NCBI RefSeq assembly: GCF_018977255.1
Contig: NW_024704743.1
Span: 25,050,001-25,114,000 of the forward strand
DNA length: 64,000 nt
Source: Callorhinchus milii
Taxonomy: Eukaryota
Direction of reading: 5' to 3'
The position numbers were made by a program, and so were the translations under genes. Shown piece by piece: positions 24,680 through 37,727 of the stretch; positions within the stretch are counted from its first letter, which is position 1; the number at the start of each line of letters is the position of its first letter. The notes under the pieces are model-generated. The model did no database searches. It had not been told where the DNA came from and saw only the letters and a list, made by a program, of their open reading frames with translations.

Positions 24680-25095
24680 TAATAATAATCCTTACATTTG
24701 ATATAGCAACTTTCACATCAGGATAATGTCTCAAAACTCTTCACAGGGTATAACTAGAGTGGAGAAACTGATTATTTTGAAAGCTTTTTTTATCTTGGAG
24801 GCAAATGCAGCAAAGAAGTTGCGCACAGCAGAGTCCCACAAGCTGCCGTGAAGTGAATGAATTTTATTTGGGGGGATTGTCAGCCAGGACGCTGCAAGAA
24901 ACTCCTTTCTCTTTTCAAATTAATGTCATGGGATATTTAACGTCTCATCTGAAATACAACACTTTCAGCATTGTAGCACACACCCAGCAACCAGCGGAGT
25001 GTCAGCATAGAATTTGAGTTTTAAATCCCCATGTGAGGCTTGAACCCACATCCTTCCAATTCAGAGGTGACAGTGCTGCCAACCCAGCCAAGCTC
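24680..25095 (-). mobile_element. Old SacSINE1-like SINE, near full length
   Basis: Tail, TTGCGCACAGCAGAGTCCCAC, GTCATGGGATATTTAACGTC, and head remnant CTTGAACCCACA...CAGAGGTGACAGTGCTGCCAAC. Confidence 0.7.
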
Positions 25096-28000
25096 AGTGA
25101 CGGGCAAGTAAGTGATTGTGTATTTGTAGGTGAACCCAGCATTGAAATCACATCATACCCACATAGGGTGTAGCAGTAACTCCACTGTGGGCATTTGTGC
25201 TGTGGGCAACAGCTACAACTTGCATTTATATAGCGCCCTTCACGCGGGGTAGGGACACGGAGTAGTGCGGAAACTGGATTGGGGAAGTTTGCTCAGGGAG
25301 AGAAAAGAGCAACAATGAGAAGTCATGATTCATTCCAGAAACTTGGAGAGGAAAAGCGAGTTGGAGATGGGATGGTAGATGGGGAACAGGGAAGGATTTT
25401 TGAGGAGGGGGTGGTGACAACTGCATTGAAGGGGATAGGAACAGATTTGAATGGTAAGCGGCACTAGGATGTGTCAGAAGATCACATTTCCTCTCATGTT
25501 CGCTTCTTTCGAGTTTCCTTTCAGCAAGAATCGTTGCAAAGCTTGAACTACAGATGAAGTAAGTACTGTACCATAATGATTGCAACAACATAACCGCACA
25601 ATACAGTACAGCACACTTTGGCACTGACTTTGCCTCATTCTCCCCGGGGAGGAAGAATGATTTTGAAATATCTATATATTTATGATACATTCTGACACCA
25701 ATTGAAGAAATGGACATTCTCAGCTTACAATTTCAAGTGTCCCTCTGTAAACATCCCCTCCTGTGGACAGTGCCCAGGTTCACAGGGACATTGCCTTAGG
25801 AAGAAAGCAGAGATACATCACTTCAGCTCACATCCTTTTATGTTGGATGTTGAATTATGACCTGTCTGAGATATTAAAAACTCTATACCTTCCTATACAA
25901 AATATGTGTTTGGTATACTTTATTATTATTTATTATTATTATTTGGCATATCTTATTGTTAGAGAGCACTGGGTGAGAAACATAGGAAGAGGTCATTCTT
26001 TTTCTACCAGTTATTTGAAGTGCTGCTGACTTTTATTTCTTCAAGTGCATTTATGCTGTATATTGTAACTACAATTAAAAAGATGGACCATTTTCGCTGC
26101 ATTCATTTAATTGTCTGCAAACTGCATGCTCCCAGGCATATGTATTACTCCCATTTTTCTGTTAGTGAAGTCCAGCAAGAACAAATTTCTCCACATGAGG
26201 GCTCCAAAGTATCTTTTTGAAAGGAGATCCCACATGCTCACATGCTGTAGGGAAAGGGAGGTGAGGGACCAGTTATTTGCTGTCCACAGCACTTGATTTT
26301 CTTTTGGGATAATGTGAACCAATCTCTGCCTGATGCCTGCCCACAGCTGTCAATAAGTGTTAGCATGATATTTATAATCAGATTCCAAACCCATTCAAAC
26401 AACAGAGCTCTTGTTTATTTTCTAGAGAGCCATACATCAAAATAGATTCTATTACCAGACCAAAATGAGTGAGTGATTGTCTCAATCCTAATGAGTAATA
26501 CTTGGCAGGGATGCTGTTGTTTTTAAATCTTTCTGTGCCAACTTTCAGCTCTTGTGGACATCTCTTGGTTGTCAGGCTGTCTCCTTTCATCCCTGGAACA
26601 TCAAGGTTTGCTCGAGACTACATTAAGAAACCTCTCCTGACCACCTTCCTGTAGTTCCCTCCTTCAGAAACTCCAGCTCATACCGAACTCATGAGCCATG
26701 CTCTCTTCCACACCAGGCTCACACTCATTGTGCACCCATTGCCCTCATCTTTGCCAAGCTCCATTCACTCCCAATTCGCCAACACATCAACTTCAGAATT
26801 CTTGTCCTGACTTTCAAATCATAACAAACACCTTTAAAAATAAATGACCTTGGACATGAGCGCTGATGTAATGCAAATTGAGTACTTTAAAATTTAAGAT
26901 AAACATTTCACCTTCATGGGCTATTTAACAGAGATGAGAAGGAGACATTCCTTGCTTCCTTGCCAGGTCCAGGTGTTGCCAGTGCAGGAGTCTCTCTAGC
27001 CCTTTCCTAGCATTAGAAAATAATACAAGCATGTTGCCTGCCTATTTGCTCTTGATGAAGTGGTAATGATGCATGTGCCAACAGGGTAAATTTTTAATTT
27101 ATTAAAGCTATTTGCTCCATGAAGGTGAAATGTTTATCTTAAATTTTAAAGTACTCAATTTGCATTACATCAGTGCTTATGTCCAAGATCATTTATTTTT
27201 AAAGGTGTTTGTTATGATGGGAACATTTCTTAAAAAACACATTGCTATGCTTGGGCTGTTGTTGTTGTTGTACAGGCATGAGGAAGTGTACATAAATCAA
27301 GTTCAATGATACAGTGTTGTCTTCAAATCATGACTGCATATTTACTTTGTTTATAGTTTTAGTAAAATACAAAATAAAACTCGCAACAGTATTGCAAATG
27401 TTCACAGTACTGGATTCTGTCTCATATTCAACATTTTGGTGTTTGAGTCAAGATCTGCCATATATTTTAACCCACTAATTATACAGTCAATTCACATAAC
27501 AGTGCATTCTGTGAAGCACTTTGAGACGTCTCGAATACTTGTTAAGACGGGTGCTATATCAAGTGCAAAAATTATTCTTATTATCATCATAATCTGAACC
27601 TTTCTCACATCAAGCTACTTGAACCATCTGACACATTTCCCAGTTTTATTTCAGATGTTCTCCTTTCGTATGTTTTTTTTCTGATTTTTATCAACCCTTT
27701 AATTCATAGGCTTTAGAAATTCTAAATGGTAATAATATGCTTGTAGCTTCTAGAGCAATCAGACAGCCAGACACATTTTCACAGATAGCCTGCTGTGCTG
27801 CTAATGCACTTTGTGATGATACTAACATATTACTGTACTATTGCCACCCGGATTAGCACTCACTAATGTTACTGTCTGACAATGGCTAATCATCGCAAAT
27901 AACTGTTCTTTCATTTTTTTTCAAATAATGGCTTTATTCAAAGAATTTTTTTCCCTGCGCAAAAACAATCTATTTAGTAAACAATGGTAAGCACTGTTTG

Positions 28001-29919
28001 TAATGTTTTTAGAACTTCAAGGTGGCTGGCACATCGCAAACTGTCCTGTAAAGGTCCTCCCACCATGCTGAAGCAGATTTCAGTTTAATAGCCCATGAGG
28101 AAACTCTGAGGCTTGGGGTGGCAGAAACTCCACACTTTCCAACAGGTGGAACCAGCATTCATTGAGCAGGAATATGCATTCACGACTGTTTGTTGGACAC
28201 TGCTGTGTGTTTTGCCCCAAAAATATACAGTCAATTCACTTTACAGTATATTCTGTGAAGCGCTTTGAGTGGTCTCGAAGACGTGATAAGGAGCTATTTC
28301 AAATGCAAGGATTATCATATGATTATTATTATCCGAGCTGGAGGAGATAGTAACAATATTATCAGTATATCTCATGGTGAGCTTTGTTGCTCAAAGAGTT
28401 TCTGGTGCCTGCTATTCACCAACTGAGACCTCCAATCTGCACTTGTCTTATAACCAACTGATGATTATCCTCCTGGGGGAGAGATCTCCTTGGGGCTGAG
28501 CTGACTTCAATATGACATACCCAGAAACAGAATATTGCAATTGAGTTGATCATCTGTGGCTATATCTTTTATCGAGTTCCTGGGTCAAAGGAGTACATAT
28601 TACTGCAAGATACAACAGGCCAGCCAGCCTACCTGCAGGTTTGTCGTCAGGGCATAGAGGGGCAGGCTAGTCACTGGGAGCAGGGATTTTTTCCATTCTG
28701 CTCACAGTAACCCAGCAAGCCAAAGCTCTAATAGGTAGGAAGATCCTAGTTGATAAGCAGCAGAAGAATTCCAAGACATTGTTCACAATGGCGAGCTATG
28801 TGGTTTTAGCTGGTTAGACTCCAGCAGTACCCAAGATACATTTTAAGGTCCCCAATCCTTGGCTCTTGTCGACCGGTGCCTAATACGTTCTGGAATTAAA
28901 AAGTGAGAAAGGTGAGTATTCCATCCAGATAAAGAGAAATTTCATGTGTCGGTATAATGCATATGTGGAACTCTCAGTCTGGTTTGGATACTCATAAATT
29001 CTCCGAGACGCTACCCCACATGAAGAATGCTATATAAATGCAAAGTTGTTGTGATAAAATTCCGTGTCCCAGCTGATCAAGCACAAGTTTAGAATTTACA
29101 TTATCTTAAAAGAAACTGGAAAATGAAAATGAGCTCCTTATGTGAATTACTGCTGGGTCTTTCATTACAGACACAAACCCAGCATTCCTCTCAAAGCTTC
29201 AGAAGATGTGGGTTCCATCACCACATTGAGATGAGCTCATTAGTCGAAGCTGACATTCCAGTGCAGTAGTGGTGAAAAGCTGCATTGTTCGGGATGCCAT
29301 ATTTCGAATGACATATTAAACCGAGGTCCCACCTACCAGTAATTTATGCAGGTTCTCTCTATTGCTTTGGAGTAATACATACTCACTCGACTCAGGAAGA
29401 GACAAAAGAGATAACCGCAAAGAATTGACTCAATTCGGATATTCTATAAGATAATAAGGATGTAGTATACTTGTTACTCCTTGAAAGTTGCAAAATGTCC
29501 CATTCTGTTTTGCTCAGAATTAGCTATTTATAAACTATAGGAACAGTATTACTTTATAAACAAATGGTTTACAGATTACAACGTAAACAACCAGCAGATA
29601 TTGTTTGTTGAAAAATATTTAGAATTGTATTGTAATTGTAGCAGAGAAAGTTCCTGGCCGTCTGCAACCTGGACACGATAAAGGATTAGACTGAATCTGA
29701 AGTTTGGTACAAAGCACTAGAGTAAAAATCATTCACACCTCTGTGTTATCAACTATTGCTATTTTACTACTGTGGAACTCTGATTATAATGGAGGTTCGT
29801 GATTGGAGTGTGGACCTTACCAAAAAAATCTAATCCTTATCTTTACACGTTCTGTTCCTGAAAGTTAAAACAAAAAACTTTTAACCTTCAGAAATGTGCC
29901 ATGTCAGGATAAATAAATA

Positions 29920-30425
29920 AAAATAAATCGGTCACTCAATCCACAACTGTTTTTGGGACACTGCTGTGCGCAATTGGTTGCCACGTTTCGCCTACAAAAT
30001 ATACAGTCGATTCACTTCATGAGTCCTGTAGCTCAGTGGTTAGGGCACTCGCTTTGCAAGCGAGAGACCTGAGTTCAATTCCAGGCAGAGGGCGAAACCT
30101 TGGGCAAGTTTCCTTACTCCACACGCTTAATAATAATCCCTCCAAAAACCAAAAACAATAATAAAAATTGGTCATTTTCAATCTACGACTGCTTGTGGAA
30201 CATTGCTGTGCGCAATTGGCTGCTACGTTCGCCCACAAATATACAGTCAATTCACTTTACAGTGTGTTCTGTGAAGCGCTTTGGGACGTCCTCCCGACGT
30301 GAAAAGTGCTATATCAAATGCAAGGATTATTATTATTATTATATTCTGTAAAGCACTTTAGGTGTCTCGAAGACATGATACGTTGCTATATTTGCTATAT
30401 CAAATGTAAGGCTTATTATTATTAT
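29920..30425 (+). mobile_element. Older SINE 3' half split by a young SINE
   Basis: ...ATACAGTCGATTCACTT stops at 30017 and resumes ATATTCTGTAAAGCACTTT...TCGAAGACATG after ~30342. Confidence 0.85.
30021..30342 (+). mobile_element. Full-length young tRNA-Ala-derived SINE
   Basis: GAGTCCTGTAGCTCAGTGGTTAGGGCACTCGCTTTGCAAGCGAG...GGGACGTCCTCCCGACGTG...(ATT)n. Confidence 0.95.
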
Positions 30426-31420
30426 GTTTTTAGGGACATCATGTTGAAGTCAGCTCAGCCCCAAGGAGACCATCTGTACCTCTCACTCAGCAGGATAATC
30501 ACTAGTTGGTTATTCTCCCACACAATGTTTCGTGAGCAATTAAGACATTGAATCAAGGGCAGCAGCACCACCAGTTGAGAGACATAGCCTCAATTCTTGG
30601 TTGCCCTGGGTTCTGGATTTTAGCCATGTTGCCTGGGATGGCAATGGGTACAGGGCATATATATCCCCAAGGTAGGGCTGAGGGCAGGAAGGCTCCTCAG
30701 TGACTGCTCTCACATGCCCCTTAACATTCAGCTAAAAGTGGCAACAGCAGATGTCTGGAGCAGATCATCCTCTCAGCAACAGGAGGAGGAGACACATGGC
30801 CATGGGAGACTGGGAGACAACAGAAGAGAAGATAAAAAAAACAGGAGATTGAAACAAGAGGCAGATGGTGATTAATGACTAGGAGATGCCAGCTATCTTT
30901 GATCAGTGAGGCGCCTGGCAGAGCTCCTCATGAGCTAAACGCCAGAAAATTATGTCTCAGTTTTTCACTTCACTTCATTTGTTATAGCATCAGTATTATT
31001 CCAATTAGTCACAAATTGAAACCTTGGAAGGTTTTTTTTTGAATTATAGGCTTGGTTTCACTATAAGCAGGTTCCAATGGAATAAAAATCTGCAGAAACA
31101 GCACAACACCCATTTAAAAGAAGCCTTTTGTGTAACAGCTGTCATACTAACCAATATGATAAAGCCTGCAATATGTATATATGTTTTGTCTCAAAAGTGG
31201 GCAAGTGCATTTTGATTTCATCATTGAGGCTGATTCCCCAATGATGTGAGGGAGAGTTCCACATTATTGGAGGTGCTGTAGTTCAGATGAAATGTAATGC
31301 TACTAATTAATTCAACAGTGGCAGTTATCTATAATTGTTCCTGCTGTAAATAAACAGGAGTTGCTAGATTTATTTTATAAATCTTAAAATTTTACACAGA
31401 ATGAGGCCTTTCTAAGATTT

Positions 31421-31765
31421 ACCTCGCAAGTGAGAGGACCCGGGTTCGATTCATGAGCAGGGCAAAGCCTTAGGCAAGTTTCCGTACTCCACATGCCTCT
31501 CTTTATCCAGCGGTAAGTAGGAACCCGGTTGTTAGTCGATTGGCAGATCGCTTTCTGGGGGTAATAATCCCTTCAAAAAAAAATAATAATTTGGTCACTC
31601 AATCCACGACTGTTTGTGGGACACTGCTGTGCGCAACTGCCTGCTGTGATTTGCCAACAAAGCATACAGTCAATTCACTTTACACTATATTCTGTGAAGC
31701 ACTTTTAGACACCTCAAAGACATGATAAGGTGTTATATTAAATCCAAGGATTATTATTATATTAT
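31421..31765 (+). mobile_element. SINE, long form, 5' end slightly truncated
   Basis: CCTCGCAAGTGAG, GGTTCGATTC B box, long-form insert, and tail. Confidence 0.88.
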
Positions 31766-33029
31766 TACTTAAACATTTTTCCCACTGCTAAACTGCTATT
31801 TACTTGCTAACGTGCCCACCCAGGTAATCTGAGCTCAGGTTCCTTTTATCCTATTGATATTTATCTTTTCCCAGCCTTAACTTTGACTTGTCTTTAGTTA
31901 TTCTTGTTATTGAACGTAATCAATTTGTGGTCACTGTCTCCCAAACATTTACCCATGACCTTAGATGACCTTCTTGCTACTTCAATACCTGGAAATTCCA
32001 CAGGAAATCATTTGTGCTACTGTCACATGAATGAAAATGCAGGATCTAACTTTTATTTTTGAACGCATTTAAAAAAAAAAGCTTTTAGCATTCAAACCAT
32101 CAATGACAATTTCATAAAATAATTAATTCGTAAATTGTAATGCTAAGAAGCTTTTGTGTAGCTCATCAAACCTGGCCAGTACATAACCTAGTTTCAGTTG
32201 AATAATACAGATGTTATCTCCACCCCTACATCTGTGCGATATACATCTTCAGTAAAATCGGAGTTTATTATAGGGGAGATCTGTCAATTTAATGAAACAA
32301 TTATTTTTGAATTGTATCATAGGCTATTAACGTTTCTGCTATTTATTTTTCATTCTGTTTCAAAAGCATTTGTAAAAAGCCATCTGCTGGTGTGTGCATT
32401 GATGCATCGATTGTATATTTCAGAGTGATAGATTTTGGTTCTAACCTTTGGTTGGTCTCACGGTAAGAATTCAATCTCAGCATGCACTCAAAACGAAGGA
32501 TGAGTCATCCCACACCAGCCTTTTCCAGCTCCCAGCTAGACAAGACTGGAACAGACAGAACCTGTTGCCTTGCCTTAGATATGATGACTGATGGAGCAGT
32601 ACAATTAACCACTTTAAAAAATGGCCATTTAACGTCAATTAAAGTACGAGACAGCACCTTCAGGAAAGGAAGGAAGAATATTTTGTAGGAGGAAATTCTT
32701 TTAATTTTTTTGTGTGTTTTGTTGCTATTGTGTTGGGAATTATCTGCTCATCTGCTCTGCTAATGTTATACGTTTTTATATTTTGGGTGAATTATTGTCT
32801 TCATCAGGGTGAAGAGTATTCATTTGTTTCCCCATTCATCACACTAAGCACTCCCAGGTTTGGTAGATTCAGAGTAAGACCCAGAGGAACGATTATTGAT
32901 GAGAATCCTAGTGTTTAGAGCTCTCTGAAGTGTGAAGAAGAGCAGCCCATATTTGAAAGTGTTTAAATTGCAGGAAAAAAGATTGAAACAACAATTAATG
33001 TTTAAATAGTGCTTTTCATTCAGTGGGCT

Positions 33030-33335
33030 TTGACTCAATGTTCCCTGACCTGTCCACCCAACCATTGGGAATTGGGCCTTCAGCCTCTCTGCCCCCACCC
33101 TCTGGAACACCAACCTACAATCCCTTTGCCTCGCCTCCTCCCTTGCTTTCTTCAAGACATGTCTCAAGACCTTGCTCTTCGGCTGTGCCATCGATTTTCC
33201 TCGTACCACTACCCTCCCTGCCCTCCACTCTCCAGAACCCAACCCCAAGCTCGGGTGCACATCCTACATCTAGCGCCTTTGGACGTTCTCCTGATGTGAA
33301 AGGCTCTATACAAATGTCATTTGTTATTTTTGTTG
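33030..33335 (+). mobile_element. L2 LINE 3' end
   Basis: GGGCCTTCAGCC...CTCTGGAAC...AGCGCCTTTGGACGTTCTCCTGATGTGAAAGGC. Confidence 0.75.
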
Positions 33336-34599
33336 TACACGTCGAGAGAAGATCTCAAAGTGCTTCGCACAACTGACTGGCATTTGTGGGGGCAGTGGGA
33401 GAGGAGAAAGGAGGCTGAAATTGCTCAGTCCTAAAAGAGCTAGGTCTTAAGATGGGTTTGGCAATGGGAAAGATGGGAGCAAGGTGAGGACTCAGGATGC
33501 AGTTCAAGAGAGCAGGATACAGAATGGCTGACAGTCTGCTCACCAATGGTGGAATGGAATGGGTGTGAAGCAAACTTGTTTTTGATGAGCAGAGGGAATG
33601 ACCTCTCTCACTGATACACACACATACATACAGAAGTTCACCTTTCTCTCACTAGAGGACACTGCAAGAATACTGCTTCAGTGAGTTCTTGCTTCATTTG
33701 AACTTTCAAAATGCTTCTGCTCATGAGAGAACATTATCACTGGAGAATATTGCTATGTGCAAATTAACTACCTCATTTCCCTACAAAATACACAGTCACT
33801 ACACTTTACAGTAAAATCCTGTGAAGATAAGTACAGTATTACATGCACCAACAGTATCTTCTTGTTGGCAGACAATTTTAAATAGAGATAAAGACGCAAT
33901 GATGTATCCTAGCCATTGCTCATTCTCACCTACATACCTGCTTCTTTCCCTGACTCCATCTCTTTGTCTTATTTTCTCTTTGTAGTTATTTGGTTAGTGT
34001 TCTCTGTCAGTAGGAGTTTTTCTCATTCTCTATTACTTTTGTTTTTGTTGCTGCTCGGTATCTATTTGTTACATTTTCTGTTATAGGTAGCTCTTTCTAG
34101 CTGTATTCTGATATGGTTACTTGATTGCTGCTCCTGGTGTATCTGTTGCTCTAACTGAACTATTTATCTTAGTCTGTCTGTAGCTACTGTCCTCTCTGAC
34201 TCTGTTTTCACTATTGTTGGTGATTCACTTCTGCAGTTGCATGTTTTCTTTTGCTGTGTGATTTCTAAATGTCTGTTTTACTTGGTGCTGTTGAGTGTTT
34301 CTGTTCCTGCATGAATACTCACTCATTGTACTCCATTACTGCTGTGTTGTGATTTCTTTCTAATGTTGCATGTTTATTTCACTGTGATTTCTCTGTATTG
34401 TTCCTGTCACAGAACCTGTTTGATTCCTCTGTGTATTATTATGTATCTCAGTCTCTGTTGCTGTGTGAAATCTCTGTGTATTGTATATCTTAGTCTCTAC
34501 TGCCGTGTGAGTAGGCTGGATTTCATTCTTCATGGGGCAGGTTGTGTGCAATCATTGTAAGTCTCAAGGGAACCCCATTATATGTATATATATATACAC

Positions 34600-34910
34600 A
34601 CATTGAGTTCAGCAATTTCTGTAAATTGTGGGGAATACATGGGAAAATTTAGAATTTTATTCAGAATGTGCATTCCAGCTCCAAGATCCATGTAAGAATT
34701 AATGGGAAATTCACTCGCTGAGCCTGCCGCTCTTGAAAGGGGAGTACAGCAAGGCTGTCGACTATTCACCTTCATTGAATGTATTGATCAATAATGTACT
34801 GGATAGCATCGAGGAGGATGCACGGTATGTCTGTTTCAGTCACATCTGACAGAATTGCAATAGTACTTCTATTCACAGATGATGTTGTGCTTTTGGTGAA
34901 CGCACCTGGG
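34600..34910 (+). mobile_element. Decayed reverse-transcriptase fragment of a non-L2 LINE (RTE/L1/Tx1-like)
   Basis: Patchwork translation IQNVHSSSKIHVRINGK...LERGVQQGC...IVLLFTDDVVLL resembles the GVRQGC and L.FADD RT motifs. Confidence 0.55.
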
Positions 34911-35129
34911 GATTCTGTGCACTACATTTACCATCTTGAACAACTGAAGACTCTATGGCACATGATGGTGGATGCCCCAAAGTACGGTATTAGGGCTCTG
35001 CATGGCTCGAGAGGGGATCTTCAGCCACTATGCCCCTAAACTCTGGAACTCCCTGCCTCAATCCCTCTACCTCACTTTCTCTGTAAATCCCAATTTAAGG
35101 TCTACCTCTTCATCTATGCCTATTCTGTT

Positions 35130-37536
35130 GTGGTGTGAGGTTTGTGTGAAGTCTGTGTGTGTGTTGCTCTATGACGTCTGTATGTGTGTATTGCTGCATG
35201 AGGTGATTGTTGCTGCGTGAGGTCTGTATGTTTGTGTGTGTTGCTGTGTCAGGTCCCTGTATGTGTATGTAAAGTCTCTCTGTATGTGTGTGTGTGTGTT
35301 GCTGTGTCTGTATGTGTTTGTTGCTGTGTGAGGTACATGTTGCTCTGTGAGGCCTGTGTGTGTGTGTTGCTGTACCAGATCTGTTTGTGTGTGTGTGTGT
35401 ATATGTATGTGTGAGGTCTGTGTGTGAGGTCTGCCTATTTTGTTATGTGAGGTCTGTGTTTGTGTTGTTATGGTTGATCTGTGTGTTGTTGTGTGCCTTG
35501 TTGTGTGAGGTCTGTGTGTGTGTATATGTGAGTTATGTGTGAGGTATGTGTGTATGTGTTATTATGTGAGGTCTGTGTGTTGTTGAGGTGTGTGTATGTA
35601 TGTGTTGTTGTGTGAGGTCGGTGTGCTGTTGTGTGAGGTGTGTGTGTATGAGGAGTGTGTATATGTGAGGTGTATGAGGATGAGGAGTGTGTGTGTGTAT
35701 GAGGTGTGTGTGGAGAAATATGAGGTGTGTGTATGAGGTGTGTGTGAGGTGTGTATGTGTGTGTGTATGAGGTGTGAGGTGTATGTGTGAGGTGTGTGTG
35801 TGAGGTGTATGAGGTGTGTATGTATGAATTGTGTGGTGTGTGTGAGGTGTGTATGTATGAGTTGTGTGGTGTGTGTGAGGTGTGTATGCATGAGGTGTAT
35901 GAGGTGTGTGTGTGTGTGTATGAGGTGTATGTGTGAGGTGTATGAGGTGTGTGTATGAGGTGTATGAGGTGTGTGTGTGAGGTTGTATGAGGTGTATGAG
36001 GTGTGTGTGTGAGGTTGTATGAGGTGTGTGAGGTGTGTGTGTGTATGAGGTGTGTGTGAGGTGTATGAGGTGTGTGTGTGAGGTGTGTATGAGGTGTATG
36101 AGGTGTGTGTGTATGTGTGTGGTGTATGTGTAAGGTTTGTATGTGTGTGTGGTGTGTGTGTGAGGTGTGTGTATGTGGTGTGTGTATGAGTGTGTGTGAG
36201 GTATGTGGTGTGTGTGAGGTGTATGAGGTGTGAGGTGTATGAGGTGTGTGTATGTGTGTGTGTATGAGGTGTGTGAGGTATGTATGATGTGTGTGTGTGT
36301 ATGTGTGTGGTGTATGTGTATGAGGTTTGTATGTGTGTGTGGTGTGTGTGTGAGAGGTTTGTATGTGTGTGTGAGGTGTGTGTATGTGGTGTGTGTATGA
36401 GTGTGTGTGAGGTATGTGGTGTGTGTGAGGTGTGTGTATGAGGTGTGTGTGGTGTGTGTATGAGGTGTGAGTGTATGAGGTGTGTGAGGTGTATGAGGTG
36501 TGTGTGAGGTGTATGAGGTGTGTGTGAGGTGTATGTGGTGTGTGTATGAGGTGTGAGGTGTATGAGGTGTGTGTGAGGTGTAGGTGGTGTGTGTGTGAGG
36601 TGTATGAGGTGTGTGTATGAGGTGTGAGGTGTATGTGGTGTGTGAGGTGTATGAGGTGTGTGTATGAGGTGTGAGGTGTATGTGGTGTGTGAGGTGTAAG
36701 AGGTGTGTGTATGTGGTGTGTGAGGTGTATGAGGTGTGTGTGAGGTGTATGTGGTGTGTGTATGAGGTGTATGAGGTTTGTGTATGAGGTGTGAGGTGTA
36801 TGTGGTGTGTGAGGTGTATGAGGTGTGTGTGAGGTGTATGTGGTGTGTGTATGAGGTGTGAGGTGTATGAGGTGTGAGGTGTATGAGGTCTGAGGTGTAT
36901 GAGGTGTGTGTATGAGGTGTGAGGTTTATGTGGTGTGTGTGAGGTGTATGAGGTGTGTGTGAGGTGTATGTGGTGTGTGTATGAGGTATGAGGTGTGTGT
37001 ATGAGGTGTGAGGTGTATGTGGTGTGTGAGGTGTATGAGGTGTGTGTATGAGGTGTGAGGTGTATGTGGTGTGTGAGGTGTATGAGGTGTGTGTGAGGTG
37101 TATGTGGTGTGTGTATGAGGTGTGAGGTGTATGAGGTATGTGTGTATGAGGTGTGAGGTGCATGTGGTGTGTGAGGTGTATGAGGTGTGTGTGAGGTGTA
37201 TGTGGTGTGTGAGGTGTATGAGGTGTGTGTATGAGGTGTGAGGTGTGTGTGAGGTGTATGAAGTGTGAGGTGTATGAGGTATGTGTATGAGGTGTGTGAG
37301 GGTGTGATGTTGGTGTGTGAGGTGTATGATGGGTGTGTGTATGAGGTGTGTGAGGTGTATGTGGTGTGGGTGTGAGGTGTATGAGGTGTGGTGTGTGAGG
37401 TGTATGTGGGTGTGATGTATGGGGTAGGTGTATGAGGGTGTGTTGAGGTGTGTGTATGTGGTGTGTGTATGAGGTGTGAGGTGTATGAGGTGTGAGGTGT
37501 ATGTGGTGTGTGAGGTGTATGAGGTGTGTGTGTGAG
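35130..37536. repeat. ~2.4 kb compound microsatellite of (TG)n, TGAGG, TATGAGG and TATGTGG units
   Basis: Directly visible; degenerate at the left end and more homogeneous toward the gap. Confidence 0.97.
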
Positions 37537-37566
37537 NNNNNNNNNNNNNNNNNNNNNNNNNNNNNN
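37537..37566. other. Assembly gap (30 N)
   Basis: Run of N bases. Confidence 1.
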
Positions 37567-37727
37567 CGCACGATCCAGTAGTTTTTCTGGGCGATCGGAA
37601 TACAACTCCAGGGCTCGGCCTGAGCATAGAGACGCATCAACGAGTCGAGCCTCGAGGCACATTCTGAACACAGAAGTCAAGGCGACTGGAGTCTCAGCAC
37701 CGCTCTCGTTTCCTGCGTCTCGTGGAT

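Noticed and set aside
30021..30095. tRNA-Ala genes (here and at the other SINE heads)
   Set aside because: The tRNA-like heads lack a proper acceptor stem and run directly into SINE bodies and L2-type tails, so they are SINE promoters.
30100..30351. Recurrent small ORF family MGKFPYST...YIKCKDYYYY
   Set aside because: An incidental open frame in the SINE consensus with a non-ATG start; it recurs only because the SINE recurs.
35600..37536. let-7-like (TGAGGT) miRNA cluster or telomeric array
   Set aside because: The units are not TGAGGTAG or TTAGGG, and a nearly C-free strand cannot form precursor hairpins.
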